DNA of 43,692 nt from Myxococcota bacterium (GTDB lineage Bacteria > Myxococcota_A > UBA796 > GCA-2862545): contig JBCCQY010000068.1 of the NCBI GenBank assembly GCA_039208735.1, positions 1-43,692 of the forward strand, written 5' to 3'. The notes under the pieces are model-generated. The model was not told the origin of the DNA. It saw only the letters and a list, made by a program, of their open reading frames with translations, and ran no database searches. Positions 8,325-18,103 of this stretch are shown one piece after another; the stretch's first letter is position 1, and every line of letters begins with the position of its first letter. A program made the position numbers and the translations under genes.

Positions 8325-9169
8325 CCACGTGGCCAGGGGTGCTCGAACCCCGTGATCCGTTCGCGGCGCCGTTGCCGAAGGATATCGTCGAGAGCCCGGG
8401 TCGGGAGCGCCTTGAAGGGTTGTGGACGGGCCGCGGGGACCCCAACGCCATCGAGCAGTGGGCCATCGCACGGGGCCTCGATGCTCGAATGGTGCCAGGA
8501 AAGCTTGTCTTGCCCTCCTCGCCGCGACTGGCCACCGAAGCGGAACTCGTCAGGCTGGCCACCGACGCGGATCCGTCGCTCGGGCAGTTCGCTCCCGACG
8601 TGGTCTTGGGGCCGGTGGCGGACGAAACTGAGGATCGTCGTTCACTCGTTGTGGCAGCTGCCGCAGGGGCGTTCATGGTTGGCGATGGAGTCGATGCGTC
8701 TCCCTACCGGCGCTACACCCGCCGCCAGCCGATGCCTCCCGAGGCCGAACGACTGGAGGTCCGGGCCATTGCTCTGGCGCCGTTTGCGCCGTACCGCATC
8801 GAGCGTCTTGAGGGCGACGTGGTGTGGGTGTCGGACCTTGCGGGACTGCATCCTTCCGCGGTTCCCAAGGGTCCGGTCCGTCTCCGTCCCCCAGGGCGAC
8901 CGTTTGGACCGGGGGGAGCAGGAGACCTCTTGTTTGCGCGTATGGCGCTGGATCAGCAGGGGTTTGTCGCCACGGTGCCCCTCCTCGTTCCGGGACCGTT
9001 GCCCGATGCGTTTTCGCAATGGGTACGGTGGCTCGTGTGGCTCGATGTCTTCGACCGTCAGGAGCGGGGACGGACGCCACCCCCCACCATCACCATGGTG
9101 GAGGTCCTAAGGCGACAGGGGCACATCATGTGCCGATGGACGATCGAGCAGGTGTGGAGTTCCCAATGA
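8321..9169 (+). CDS. Hypothetical protein
   Basis: GTG overlaps the WYL stop. The YRIERLEGDVVWVSDL...GDLLFARM segment resembles a beta domain I recall from SEC-C-associated proteins (unverified). Confidence 0.7.
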   Translation: MTTWPGVLEPRDPFAAPLPKDIVESPGRERLEGLWTGRGDPNAIEQWAIARGLDARMVPGKLVLPSSPRLATEAELVRLATDADPSLGQFAPDVVLGPVADETEDRRSLVVAAAAGAFMVGDGVDASPYRRYTRRQPMPPEAERLEVRAIALAPFAPYRIERLEGDVVWVSDLAGLHPSAVPKGPVRLRPPGRPFGPGGAGDLLFARMALDQQGFVATVPLLVPGPLPDAFSQWVRWLVWLDVFDRQERGRTPPPTITMVEVLRRQGHIMCRWTIEQVWSSQ

Positions 9170-9927
9170 GCGACGAGCCCTACACCGACGCTGTGTTGTA
9201 CGATCTTGAATACGAACATTTCGATGAAGATGTGAGTTGGTACCTGGGTCTGGCCCAGCAGCTGGCCCCCCGAGGCCCCGTGATCGAGCTGGGGTGTGGA
9301 ACGGGTCGATTGACCCTTCCCCTTGCGAAGGCGGGCATCTTCACCACCGGTCTCGACCGAGCGGGCCCGATGGTCGACCGCCTTGAGGCCAAGCTGCGGG
9401 GGGAGCCTGCAGCCGTTCAGGAGGCCTTGTGTGTCCTTCGCGAGGACTACCGGGCCTACGCCCCACCCGAGCCCGTGCCGCTCGTCCTATGGCCGTTCAA
9501 CGCATTGCATCACCTGGACTCGGAAGCCGACCTGGTGTCGATGTTGATGCGGATTCGGTCTTGGATGGGTCCCCACGGCACGCTTGCGCTCGATGCCTAC
9601 CTTCCCGACCCCACGTTGTACGGCACGGACCCTGAGCGGCGTCATGAGCAACGCCGATTCGTGGACCCGCGGGACGGCATCGAACTCGAGAGTTGGGAGC
9701 AGGGTTGGTGGGATGCCGAGAACCAGACCAGCCATGTCTTGCAGGTCTATCGGCGACCTGACGGCACCGAAACCCGGGTTCACCTAGCATTGCGCATGTT
9801 TACCCGCCGGGCGCTCCACCAGGCCATTTCAGAGGCGGGCTGGACGCTCATCAGCGAGTTCAGCGACTACCAGGGCACGCCCCTCGCCGACAACGCCCTC
9901 AAGTGGGTCGCCGTCCTTACAACGTAG
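9166..9927 (+). CDS. Class I SAM-dependent methyltransferase
   Basis: YDLEY..FDEDV.WY, VIELGCGTGRL, GLD...PMV and PFNALHHL; ATGA overlap with the upstream gene. Confidence 0.92.
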   Translation: MSDEPYTDAVLYDLEYEHFDEDVSWYLGLAQQLAPRGPVIELGCGTGRLTLPLAKAGIFTTGLDRAGPMVDRLEAKLRGEPAAVQEALCVLREDYRAYAPPEPVPLVLWPFNALHHLDSEADLVSMLMRIRSWMGPHGTLALDAYLPDPTLYGTDPERRHEQRRFVDPRDGIELESWEQGWWDAENQTSHVLQVYRRPDGTETRVHLALRMFTRRALHQAISEAGWTLISEFSDYQGTPLADNALKWVAVLTT

Positions 9928-9952
9928 AAAACATCTTGCTAACGGGCCGCCG

Positions 9953-9968
9953 ACCAGGGAGGTCCTGG
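9953..9968. terminator. Small hairpin between convergent genes
   Basis: CCAGG-GAGGT-CCTGG lies in the 60-bp gap between two stop codons. Confidence 0.3.
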
Positions 9969-9987
9969 CCCGCGACCAAGCGTCGAA

Positions 9988-11322
9988 TCACTGTTCGAAG
10001 CAGAGTTCCACGCCGTTTTCTTCGGCCTTGTCGGCGAAGAGATCCTGTGCGCCCCAACGGTCGGTGCGGATGCGTTCGGTCTCGAAGTTGCCCTTGACCA
10101 TCACGCGCGACGTCGAACCGATGCCTTCGAACAGGATCTGGAAGGCGCCGCGGGCGGTTCCGCCGGGCTCAAGCACGGAATCGGCGCTGAATACGACGAA
10201 GCTATACTCGATCTGACCCCAGGCATCGAGGCCCGGTGCCGCCCCGTCGGGACGCCGCCAGGTGTTGACGTGCGTGATGGGGCGGAACGTGAAGACGGGG
10301 GTGCCGTCGTCGTTGTTGCGAAGATCGGGGCTCGCCAGACGACGCAACTCGTCGTAGGTCTCCTGCTCGACCTGCTCCATACGCTCGTCGAGCTGGGTCA
10401 TGCAGTCGTTCTGTCGGGGGTTGGTGTCGGCCGGCAGCGCGTCTTCGTCGCAGTACCAAAGGATCTCGTCGACCGGGTTGTTGAAGACGTCGCCTGGGTC
10501 GAAGCCCGGCTCAAGGGTTTCGTACGCCTCGTAGAAGCCTGGCTCGCCAAAGCGCGACGCACGCTCCTCGATGAGGTCTTCGGCGAACCGGCCCGTCGCC
10601 GCACCCGACAGCCACTGGTTGGGCAAGAACCAGCGATCGTCCAGGGTCTCCGTGCTCTGGAACTCGGGGTCGAGCTGGTAGGCGTTCGCGTTGAGGAAGA
10701 AGACCCGGCCTCCGTCGGCGACATCGGCGAGGTATTCAAACCCGTCGGGAAGGTTGTTGCGACCGGCGAAGCGGCGAACTTCGGTCGACCACTCTTCGAT
10801 CCAATCACCGTCGAGTTCACGGCGCACGACCTGACCGTCGTTCGTGCCCTCACAGTTGGTGGGCTGGAAGTCGGGGTCGACGGCGAAGGTCCACCGGAAG
10901 TCCGCGCCACCCGGCAACCGATGGTGAAACGCGAACTGAACATCGCCCTCGGAGTTCACCAGGGCATCACCGCGGTAGACGTCGAGATCACCACCCACGA
11001 CGCGGTACGCACCACGGTCGGCCCACGGCTCATGTTCGGGCGGCCAGGTGGGGTCTTCGACATCTTCGTTCCGCGCCCCGGGGCAGATGCGGATGGGGTC
11101 GGGAAGCTGGAAGTTCTGGCGCTCGGCGTTGGTCTCGAACGTGCGGCAGTCGACGTTGTAGCTGAACTGCCACTCCTCGTCGTTCGGGTCGACCTCGTCG
11201 GTGGCGAGCGATCCGCTCGTCGCGTCGGCGAGGAACGCAATGAAGCTGCCATCCGTGATCGTGGTGTTCGTTGGAGCACAGCCGATCGCGGCGAACAAGG
11301 GCAGGACGAAGCGGACACTCAT
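9988..11322 (-). CDS. Acidic hypothetical lipoprotein
   Basis: MSVRFVLPLFAAIG-C lipobox-like start; D/E-rich; strong GC3 bias; several Cys. Confidence 0.8.
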   Translation of the reverse strand: MSVRFVLPLFAAIGCAPTNTTITDGSFIAFLADATSGSLATDEVDPNDEEWQFSYNVDCRTFETNAERQNFQLPDPIRICPGARNEDVEDPTWPPEHEPWADRGAYRVVGGDLDVYRGDALVNSEGDVQFAFHHRLPGGADFRWTFAVDPDFQPTNCEGTNDGQVVRRELDGDWIEEWSTEVRRFAGRNNLPDGFEYLADVADGGRVFFLNANAYQLDPEFQSTETLDDRWFLPNQWLSGAATGRFAEDLIEERASRFGEPGFYEAYETLEPGFDPGDVFNNPVDEILWYCDEDALPADTNPRQNDCMTQLDERMEQVEQETYDELRRLASPDLRNNDDGTPVFTFRPITHVNTWRRPDGAAPGLDAWGQIEYSFVVFSADSVLEPGGTARGAFQILFEGIGSTSRVMVKGNFETERIRTDRWGAQDLFADKAEENGVELCFEQ

Positions 11323-11501
11323 GAAGGACTTCCTCGGGATCTCGCCGACAGGACGGGCTGTCGGGGGCGACGGATTCACACGACGAATACGAGACCGCCC
11401 AGCGGTTCGGTGAGAGAGTACCGCTGAGCACCGAGGCTGTTAACACAATTCGTCAGGACGGGGCCTGAAGGCCCGCGGTATGCCAGGACCAGGAGTTGGG
11501 C

Positions 11502-13367
11502 ATGCGTGGCTCGGAATCCCACGACGACCTTCCCCCGCAAGTGGTCGAAGGCACCTCGGATCGGCCTCGCCGTTTCCGCCTTCACGGCCTGCTCGGTCGG
11601 GGCGGCCACGGCGAGGTCTATCGGGCCACCATGTGGCGCGAAGGGGGCGTTCAGTCCGAGGTGGCGGTCAAGATCTTGTCGACCGAACTGGAGCCGGGCA
11701 GCGACCCGGTCCGTCGGCTCGAGGACGAAGGACGCATCCTGGGGGCACTCGACCATCCCGTGATCCTTCAGGTCTACGATCTGATCGAACTCGGAGGCCG
11801 GGTCGCGCTGGTCACCGAGTTCGTCGACGGTGTCGATCTGCACGACGCGATTCACACGGGTGCGCTCGAGCTGCGCGGCTTGGTGCAGACCGTTGGCATG
11901 GTGGCCGATGCGCTGCACGTGGCCTGGTCGACCCCGGGCACGGATGGGCGACCCATGCGCCTCATTCACCGCGACATCAAGCCCCAGAACATCCGCTTGG
12001 GCATTCACGGTCAGGTGAAGCTGCTCGACTTCGGGATTGCTCAGGCGACGCAGCTCCTGCACCGACGCCAGGGCGCCGACGCGCTGATGGGCAGTGGGCC
12101 CTACCTGCCGCCGGAACGGTTGGTCGATCCGGCGCCGCCGCTCACCAGCAAAGTGGATGTGTGGGGCCTCGGATGTGTGCTGTACGAGGGCCTGTCCGGC
12201 GAACGGCTCATGGATGGCATCACGTTGGACATGATGTACGACCTGGGCGACCATCTCGACCGCTTTCAGGCCTTTGTGGAGGCTCGCCTGCGCGAGCTTC
12301 CACCGCTACCGAAGATTCGACCCCTCCTCGCCCCCATGTTGTCGATCGACCCTCGATCCCGGCCGAGTGCCGGGGAGATCGCGGAGGCTTGTGATGAGCT
12401 TGCGGAGTCGGTTCCCGGCACGGGGCTGTTGCGCTGGGCCCGCACCCGAAACTGGAACACAGGGGCCTCGGAAGGGCCCCTGACGTCGCGGCAGCTCATC
12501 GAAGGGGCACCCTCGATGGATCTGGGGTCGGTGCCTCCCCCTCCTCCTCCGGTCACGTCCTCGCTGACCCCTTCGGCGGCCTTCACGCAGGCGATCACCG
12601 TGCACCCCGCTCCACTGTCGGCTTCGGCGCTCTCGCGATGGGATGCTGAGGTCACGGGCGACGAGGTCCACGAACTGCCGGTTGTCGATCTCGAGATCGA
12701 TGACGACCGTGAGCCTCCGTTGACGCCCGAACGCAAGGGGCTGCACCCGTTGTGGTTCTTCGTGGGGTTCGGACTGACCTTCCTGGTGGCGATGCTCGTC
12801 GTCGTCGCTTTCGGCATGTTGGTGATGTGGGCGCAGCCCGACGGTGGTCCGGAAGTCCCAGGAACGCCCCCTGCGGGATTAGCACCTGTGATCGAGCCCG
12901 ACCCACCTGCGCCGACGGCGGAACCGAAGCCGGCGTCCCCCGTTGTTGCGCCCCCTGAAGCGCAAGCGCCCCCGGAACCTCCTGCCGCCGTTCCGGCCGA
13001 GGCCACGCCGTCGACGCCGGCCCCGAGCGAAGCACCGCCCAACCCAGATGAGCCTCCGCCCGTGGCCCCCGAGCGCGGTGCGCTGCTCCAAATGTACGGC
13101 ACCCCGATCGAGCCGCCCGCCGATGGACCGGCCTCCCTCGAGACCTCAGGCGCTACGGTGGAGCTTCGCGGAGAGTTCGGGAACTTCCGACCGGGCACCC
13201 CGTTGGTGTCGGGCGATTATGAAGTTTGGGCCGACTTTGGCGAAGGCTTCGTCGATACGAAGCTGCGAACGTCGGTGAAGTCGAATCAGCTTGTCGAGGT
13301 CAGTTGCAGCCGGGAACAGAAGCGATGCTTCGCGCGGTCCCGCGACGCCACTGACGTCACGCCTTGA
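11502..13367 (+). CDS. Membrane-anchored Hanks-type Ser/Thr protein kinase
   Basis: GRGGHGEVY, VAVK, HRDIKPQN, DFG, YLPPE and DVWGLG; then a TM helix, a Pro/Ala linker and a small C-terminal domain with two Cys; AGGAG RBS. Confidence 0.93.
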   Translation: MRGSESHDDLPPQVVEGTSDRPRRFRLHGLLGRGGHGEVYRATMWREGGVQSEVAVKILSTELEPGSDPVRRLEDEGRILGALDHPVILQVYDLIELGGRVALVTEFVDGVDLHDAIHTGALELRGLVQTVGMVADALHVAWSTPGTDGRPMRLIHRDIKPQNIRLGIHGQVKLLDFGIAQATQLLHRRQGADALMGSGPYLPPERLVDPAPPLTSKVDVWGLGCVLYEGLSGERLMDGITLDMMYDLGDHLDRFQAFVEARLRELPPLPKIRPLLAPMLSIDPRSRPSAGEIAEACDELAESVPGTGLLRWARTRNWNTGASEGPLTSRQLIEGAPSMDLGSVPPPPPPVTSSLTPSAAFTQAITVHPAPLSASALSRWDAEVTGDEVHELPVVDLEIDDDREPPLTPERKGLHPLWFFVGFGLTFLVAMLVVVAFGMLVMWAQPDGGPEVPGTPPAGLAPVIEPDPPAPTAEPKPASPVVAPPEAQAPPEPPAAVPAEATPSTPAPSEAPPNPDEPPPVAPERGALLQMYGTPIEPPADGPASLETSGATVELRGEFGNFRPGTPLVSGDYEVWADFGEGFVDTKLRTSVKSNQLVEVSCSREQKRCFARSRDATDVTP

Positions 13368-13641
13368 AGTTCCAGCCCTTCTTCACGTCGGCGGCCGGCG
13401 TGAGAACGTTGTCGACGAACGCGACGTGGGCGGGGTCGTCGATGTAGGTGGGGACGTCTTCGATCGAGTCGAAGAGCACCCGGAAACACAGGTCCCAAAC
13501 CTCGGCGTTCGCATCGGCGGGTTCGAGGACCTCGGACGAACGAACAACGGCAATCTGGGCGAAGGCCTGACGGGCCGCTTCCGCGACCTGCGGGCGGGTG
13601 GCTTGGTCTTTCAGCTTCACGAACACAAGACGGGTCACCAT
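13357..13641 (-). CDS. Dabb family stress-responsive A/B barrel protein
   Basis: MVTRLVFVKLK...WDLCFRVLFDSIEDVPTYIDDPAHVAFV. Confidence 0.85.
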   Translation of the reverse strand: MVTRLVFVKLKDQATRPQVAEAARQAFAQIAVVRSSEVLEPADANAEVWDLCFRVLFDSIEDVPTYIDDPAHVAFVDNVLTPAADVKKGWNFKA

Positions 13642-13648
13642 GGGGGCC

Positions 13649-14701
13649 TCAAGGCATAGTCGTCAACACGTAGCGGACCACTTCGTAGGACGCCCACCCC
13701 GTGAGGGCGGTGACGGCGATGAAGACCAGGCAACCCACCGGCCAGTAGCGTCGAAAGAGCCGGCTCCGTGATGATCCTCGCGCTCGCCCCGCGAGTCGCT
13801 CGATCGCCTGCATTCCCGACCGTTCGGTCATCGAGCCCGCACGCACGGCATCGACCACCTTGAGGCAGCGACCCAACGCTTGGGTGGACGGCATGCGGTG
13901 GTCGCGGTCCTTGACGAGGCACAACGCAATGACGCGCGCCATGCACGGCGAAACGTCGACGTCTTCGCTGAACGGTTGGGGCTCGTCCGACACGTGGGCC
14001 AGCAGGATATCTGCCGTGCGCTCGTGGGTGAACGGATACCGACCTGAAATGGCCCGGTACAACAGAATCCCGAGTGAGTAGACGTCGGAGCGTGGATCGA
14101 CATCGGACCGACCCTGCACCTGCTCGGGTGACATGAACATCGGAGTGCCGACCACCAGCCCCTTGGCGGTGAGCGGTTCACCATCGTTTACGGTCTTAGC
14201 CAACCCGAAGTCGACCACCTTCACCTTGGTGCGTCCGCCCTCGGTGGGCCGAAGCAGGATGTTCGCCGGCTTCAAGTCCCGGTGAACGACGCCCAGCTCA
14301 TGGGCCTCGGTCAGGGCCCGGCACACCTGCACCAGAACGCGGATGATGCCCTGTTCGCCAACGGGACCGCGCTTCAGCAAGTCTTGGAGCGACTCCCCGT
14401 CGACATGCTCCATCGCGAGCCACGCTTGTGAACCTTCGCGGCCGACATCGTAAACGCGAACGGTGTTGGGGTGTTCGAGTTGCGCCAGCATGCGCGCTTC
14501 GCGCATGAACCGCGCCTCGGCCTTCGCCCGTCGGTCCTGCGTGGGGTGGAGGATCTTCAGGGCGACACGGCGGCCGATCGGCTCTTGAACGCCCAAATAG
14601 ACCGTTCCTGTGGCCCCGGAAGCAATCCGAGACTCCACTCGATAACGACCCCCGATGAGGCGACCGAGCCAATAATCGCGCTCGGGAGGTGGCGGTTGCA
14701 C
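13649..14701 (-). CDS. Ser/Thr protein kinase with C-terminal TM anchor
   Basis: SGATGTVY, VALK, RFMREA, HRDLKPAN, DFGLAK, GTPMFMSPEQ and SDVYSLG; ends in a hydrophobic helix. Confidence 0.95.
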   Translation of the reverse strand: MQPPPPERDYWLGRLIGGRYRVESRIASGATGTVYLGVQEPIGRRVALKILHPTQDRRAKAEARFMREARMLAQLEHPNTVRVYDVGREGSQAWLAMEHVDGESLQDLLKRGPVGEQGIIRVLVQVCRALTEAHELGVVHRDLKPANILLRPTEGGRTKVKVVDFGLAKTVNDGEPLTAKGLVVGTPMFMSPEQVQGRSDVDPRSDVYSLGILLYRAISGRYPFTHERTADILLAHVSDEPQPFSEDVDVSPCMARVIALCLVKDRDHRMPSTQALGRCLKVVDAVRAGSMTERSGMQAIERLAGRARGSSRSRLFRRYWPVGCLVFIAVTALTGWASYEVVRYVLTTMP

Positions 14702-14761
14702 GGCATCCTCGCGCGCCCGACGGTAATGCGCGCCACGAGGCCTGTCCAGACCCCAGAGGGT

Positions 14762-15358
14762 CTACTTGGCGGAGCGCGGGGTGCCTCGCGCGGCGAGGAT
14801 GCCTCCGACAAAACCAAACAGGTGCGCTTCCCAGCTGATGTTCCCTCCGACGGTGGGAAGGACGCCCCAAAGCATGCCGCCAAACAGCCACGTGACAAGA
14901 GCGGAAAGCACGATGGCGCCCACGCTTCGCTCGAAGATGCCCCGCGCCATGAGGAAGCCTAGGTAGGCAAACACCACGCCGCTGGCCCCAATGTGAACCG
15001 AGTTTGGGGACCCGATGAGCCAAGTACCCAAACCCGACACGAAGCTTCCGATGACCCACACCCGAATGAAGTCGGACCGGCGGCGGAGCATCGCGAACGG
15101 ACCCAACATGAGCAACGAAAGGGAATTGAACGCCAGGTGTTCCCAGGTGAGGTGCAAGAACGGCGATGCGAAGATGCCCACAAGCCCATCGATCGACTGC
15201 GGCACAATCCCGTACAGAAGGAGTCGGCCCTGCAACACGATGTTGGCAATGTGGATGCCCGTCAGGACCCCGACCGTCGACAGCAGCGTGACGGCACCTG
15301 CTTTGGCCGACTGCAGCACCCCTCCGCGACGTCGCTCGAGGTCTCGGCGCTGTGACAT
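14762..15358 (-). CDS. Rhomboid family intramembrane serine protease
   Basis: PFLH..WEHLAFN, IGASGVVF (catalytic Ser) and SWEAHLFG (catalytic His). Confidence 0.93.
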   Translation of the reverse strand: MSQRRDLERRRGGVLQSAKAGAVTLLSTVGVLTGIHIANIVLQGRLLLYGIVPQSIDGLVGIFASPFLHLTWEHLAFNSLSLLMLGPFAMLRRRSDFIRVWVIGSFVSGLGTWLIGSPNSVHIGASGVVFAYLGFLMARGIFERSVGAIVLSALVTWLFGGMLWGVLPTVGGNISWEAHLFGFVGGILAARGTPRSAK

Positions 15359-15454
15359 GCAATGGCCTCCCCGTGAAGGACTCTTATGGTGATGATCGAG
15401 CCAGAGGGCACTTCACGGCGTGGGGGATGACAAAAACGAACTCGCGAGGCGCGA

Positions 15455-16504
15455 TTGATCGAGCTCTTCGGGATGCTGTCCACGGCGGGAGCCCAAACCG
15501 TCGAGTTGCCGACCACGACGTTGGGGAGTCTGCGAACGCGCGGGATGGCGGGAGCCAGTTTGGCCGTCGCCGAAGGTGCCAGCAGCGTTCGCGAGAACCC
15601 TGCCGCGCTTGCGGTCCGGCGGTCGTTTCGTGAGCAGACCCGGATCGAACTGGATTCCAGCATTCAACTGGGGGCCCACCCTCTCCTCACCCAGGGCTTC
15701 GAGCGCGTCCTCGGCGAGGTGTCAGGCCCGCGGGTACGGGCACGATGGCAGGGCGCGTTGGGCCTGCGAACCGGCCCTTGGGCCACCGGCGCCTCGGTAG
15801 CCGAGGACAGCATCGAGGACGACGACTCCCGTTGGGTGGGGCGCTGGTGGTCGCTCGGAGTGGGCCGTGCGGGCCCCACCTGGGCCTTGGGGGTGAGTTC
15901 GTCCCTGCTTCAGTTCCGAGGCAACGTGGGCACGGGCATCGAGGGCAGTGTCGGGGGAGGGCTGACCCTAGGAGGGCTGTGGGCACCGCACGCCTCGCCT
16001 TGGCGCTTGGGAGCCCGTGCTCGTACCCCCATCCGCACGGGTCCGTTGTCCGATGGGCAACGTCTGCGCGTGCCGTTTGAAGCTGGTGTAGGCGTGAGCC
16101 GGACGTTCGGCGCTCGCAATCGCAAAGGTCCCTATGGCCCAGAGCGAGCGCCCGTGTCGTGGGGCTGTGACTGGCTCCTCGTCGATGTTGAGGTGCTCCT
16201 CACGGGTGGAGGGGCAGACGCGGTGGCGCTAAGTCCGTTGCTGGTTGACGAAGACCTTGCGCCCGTGGGAGGGCCGACCCTGCGCGCGCGCGCCGGGGTC
16301 GAAACGTCGTTGTGGTTCGAACAACTTCGTCTGCGAGCGGGCATTGCCACCGTTCCTCCTCGGGGAAGCGTGGCGGGATTCGAGGCGACGGCCGGGGCGG
16401 GCATTCAGGTGTTTGAAGCCTTGGGGCTTTCGTACCGGATCGCAGGCTACGTCGGGTGGGGGCCCAATGGCTGGTCCTTTGGGGTGGGGGGCGAGACGTG
16501 GTGA
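15455..16504 (+). CDS. Putative outer-membrane beta-barrel (FadL/PorV-like N-terminus)
   Basis: RGMAGASLAVAEGASSVRENPAALA hatch-like motif; alternating Gly/aromatic strands; C-terminal WSFGVG..W. Confidence 0.6.
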   Translation: MIELFGMLSTAGAQTVELPTTTLGSLRTRGMAGASLAVAEGASSVRENPAALAVRRSFREQTRIELDSSIQLGAHPLLTQGFERVLGEVSGPRVRARWQGALGLRTGPWATGASVAEDSIEDDDSRWVGRWWSLGVGRAGPTWALGVSSSLLQFRGNVGTGIEGSVGGGLTLGGLWAPHASPWRLGARARTPIRTGPLSDGQRLRVPFEAGVGVSRTFGARNRKGPYGPERAPVSWGCDWLLVDVEVLLTGGGADAVALSPLLVDEDLAPVGGPTLRARAGVETSLWFEQLRLRAGIATVPPRGSVAGFEATAGAGIQVFEALGLSYRIAGYVGWGPNGWSFGVGGETW

Positions 16505-17613
16505 CCAGCGAAGACGCAGCCGCCGACGTATTGGTGGTCGGAGGTGGGGTCGCGGGCCTGTGTGTGGCCGAGGGGCTGGCGAACGCAGGGGCCCAAGTGG
16601 TGCTCGTGGAGGCCGGGGCCATTGGGTCCGGAGCGTCAGGTCAGAGCAGTGGACAGCTGTTGTTGGGGGTCATCGAGGCGCCCCATCGCGTGGTGGCCTC
16701 GCTTGGAGAGGCTCGCACCCGAGAGCTGTTTTCGCTGACCGAGACGAGCGTGGCATGGTTGGGCGACCTCGTTGAACGACGCGGACTCGCGAGTTTAGCC
16801 CTGGACGATCGCGAACCTGATGAACTCGACCGTACCCAACGCGTGCTCAGCGCGATGGGCCTCGAAGCTTCTCTGCAGCCTCCCGAACGCGCGGTGGAGC
16901 GATTTCCCATCTCAGCGCCTCTGCTGACCATGCCCATGGGGGGACGGGTGGTGCCGGACGTGGCCTTGGCCGGACTCGCGGAACGCGCGCGCGCCGCTTC
17001 GGTGAGGGTCCTCGAGCATCATCCCCTGCTGGCGCTGCACGACACGCGTGACGGCTACCTTGCGCAGGCTGGCACGACGTCGGTGACGGCTGAGGTGGTG
17101 GTGTGGGCCGCAGGGGTGGCCACCCGCCATCTCGAACCTGCCCTGGCCGAGGCCCTCACTCCGGTCCGTGAGCAGGCGTTGGCCATTGAGGGCCTTCCGC
17201 CGGGCTCCGACGATGGAGGCCGGGCCGGCTACGGGTATACGTGGTTTGAACGTCGTGGATCGGTAGGCTGGGTGGGGGGCTGTCGATGGGCCACCCCCCA
17301 TCTGGAAGTGGGTGAGACCGAGCCGGTCCCCCAACCCCTCGTCCAGGCACGCATCGAAGCATTCGCCGAGCGACTTGGCTGGCTCGCGGAAGGTCGGTCG
17401 GTGGCTCGTCGATGGGCCTGGATCGATGCGTACACCAAGGACGGCCTGCCCCTGATTGGACCGGTTCCCGGCTCGAATCGCTTGCTTGCGTGTACCGGAT
17501 TCTGTGGCAACGACTGGGGGCTTGGGCCAGGCGCGGCTCGCCTCGTAGTGGAGGGATTGATGGGCGAATGCTCCGAAGCGAGCCCCCTCTTTGCGCCGAG
17601 CCGATTCCTATGA
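16501..17613 (+). CDS. FAD-dependent oxidoreductase (DAO/PuuB-like)
   Basis: DVLVVGGGVAG, GSGASGQSSG, DGLPLIG and GFCGND; GTGA overlap with the upstream gene. Confidence 0.9.
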   Translation: MTSEDAAADVLVVGGGVAGLCVAEGLANAGAQVVLVEAGAIGSGASGQSSGQLLLGVIEAPHRVVASLGEARTRELFSLTETSVAWLGDLVERRGLASLALDDREPDELDRTQRVLSAMGLEASLQPPERAVERFPISAPLLTMPMGGRVVPDVALAGLAERARAASVRVLEHHPLLALHDTRDGYLAQAGTTSVTAEVVVWAAGVATRHLEPALAEALTPVREQALAIEGLPPGSDDGGRAGYGYTWFERRGSVGWVGGCRWATPHLEVGETEPVPQPLVQARIEAFAERLGWLAEGRSVARRWAWIDAYTKDGLPLIGPVPGSNRLLACTGFCGNDWGLGPGAARLVVEGLMGECSEASPLFAPSRFL

Positions 17614-17737
17614 CCCTGCGCATTGTGCCGACCGGCGCACGCTGACTTCGCAATCCCGAATGGTGTACGGTGAGGGCTCGAAAGGCCAGGCCTTGCACTC
17701 TGCGGAGGCGAGGGATCTACGTGGCCAGGAGTAACGC

Positions 17738-18097
17738 ATGGAATTCGGCGATCTCGACAAGAGCGATAGGCTGCGGCTGATGCGGTTCCTTTGCTCGTTC
17801 GCGTGGGCGGATCTGGAAGTTCAGGACGCGGAGAAGTCCTTCGTGCACCGCACCGTCGAGAAGCTTGGGCTCGACGAGGAGGAGACGTCGAAAGTGGAGC
17901 AGTGGCTCAAGTTGCCGCCGCTCCCCGAAGAGGTGGACCCCACCGATATTCCTGTCGAGCATCGGCAGATGTTTCTCAACATCCTGCTTCAACTCGTGGG
18001 TGCCGATGGTCGAGTGGACTCCAAAGAAATGGAGACACTGGCTCTCTTTGAACGGTTGCTGCGTCCCGAGGATGATGACGAAATCACCGTGATGTGA
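17738..18097 (+). CDS. TerB family protein (stand-alone)
   Basis: FAWADLEVQDAE and VGADGRVDSKE repeated TerB motifs; AGGAG RBS. Confidence 0.85.
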   Translation: MEFGDLDKSDRLRLMRFLCSFAWADLEVQDAEKSFVHRTVEKLGLDEEETSKVEQWLKLPPLPEEVDPTDIPVEHRQMFLNILLQLVGADGRVDSKEMETLALFERLLRPEDDDEITVM

Positions 18098-18103
18098 CGG
18101 ACC

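Noticed and set aside
6881..9942. Similar AAAAC(AT)CTTGCTA after the rlmH stop and the methyltransferase stop, flanking the WYL unit
   Set aside because: Short, imperfect (needs a 2-nt gap) and no recombinase nearby; insufficient to call a target-site duplication.
10270..11427. 385-aa plus-strand ORF
   Set aside because: Antisense shadow of the lipoprotein gene.
17614..17737. Possible riboswitch upstream of the stand-alone terB
   Set aside because: No recognisable aptamer consensus (yybP-ykoY, c-di-GMP, fluoride) by eye.
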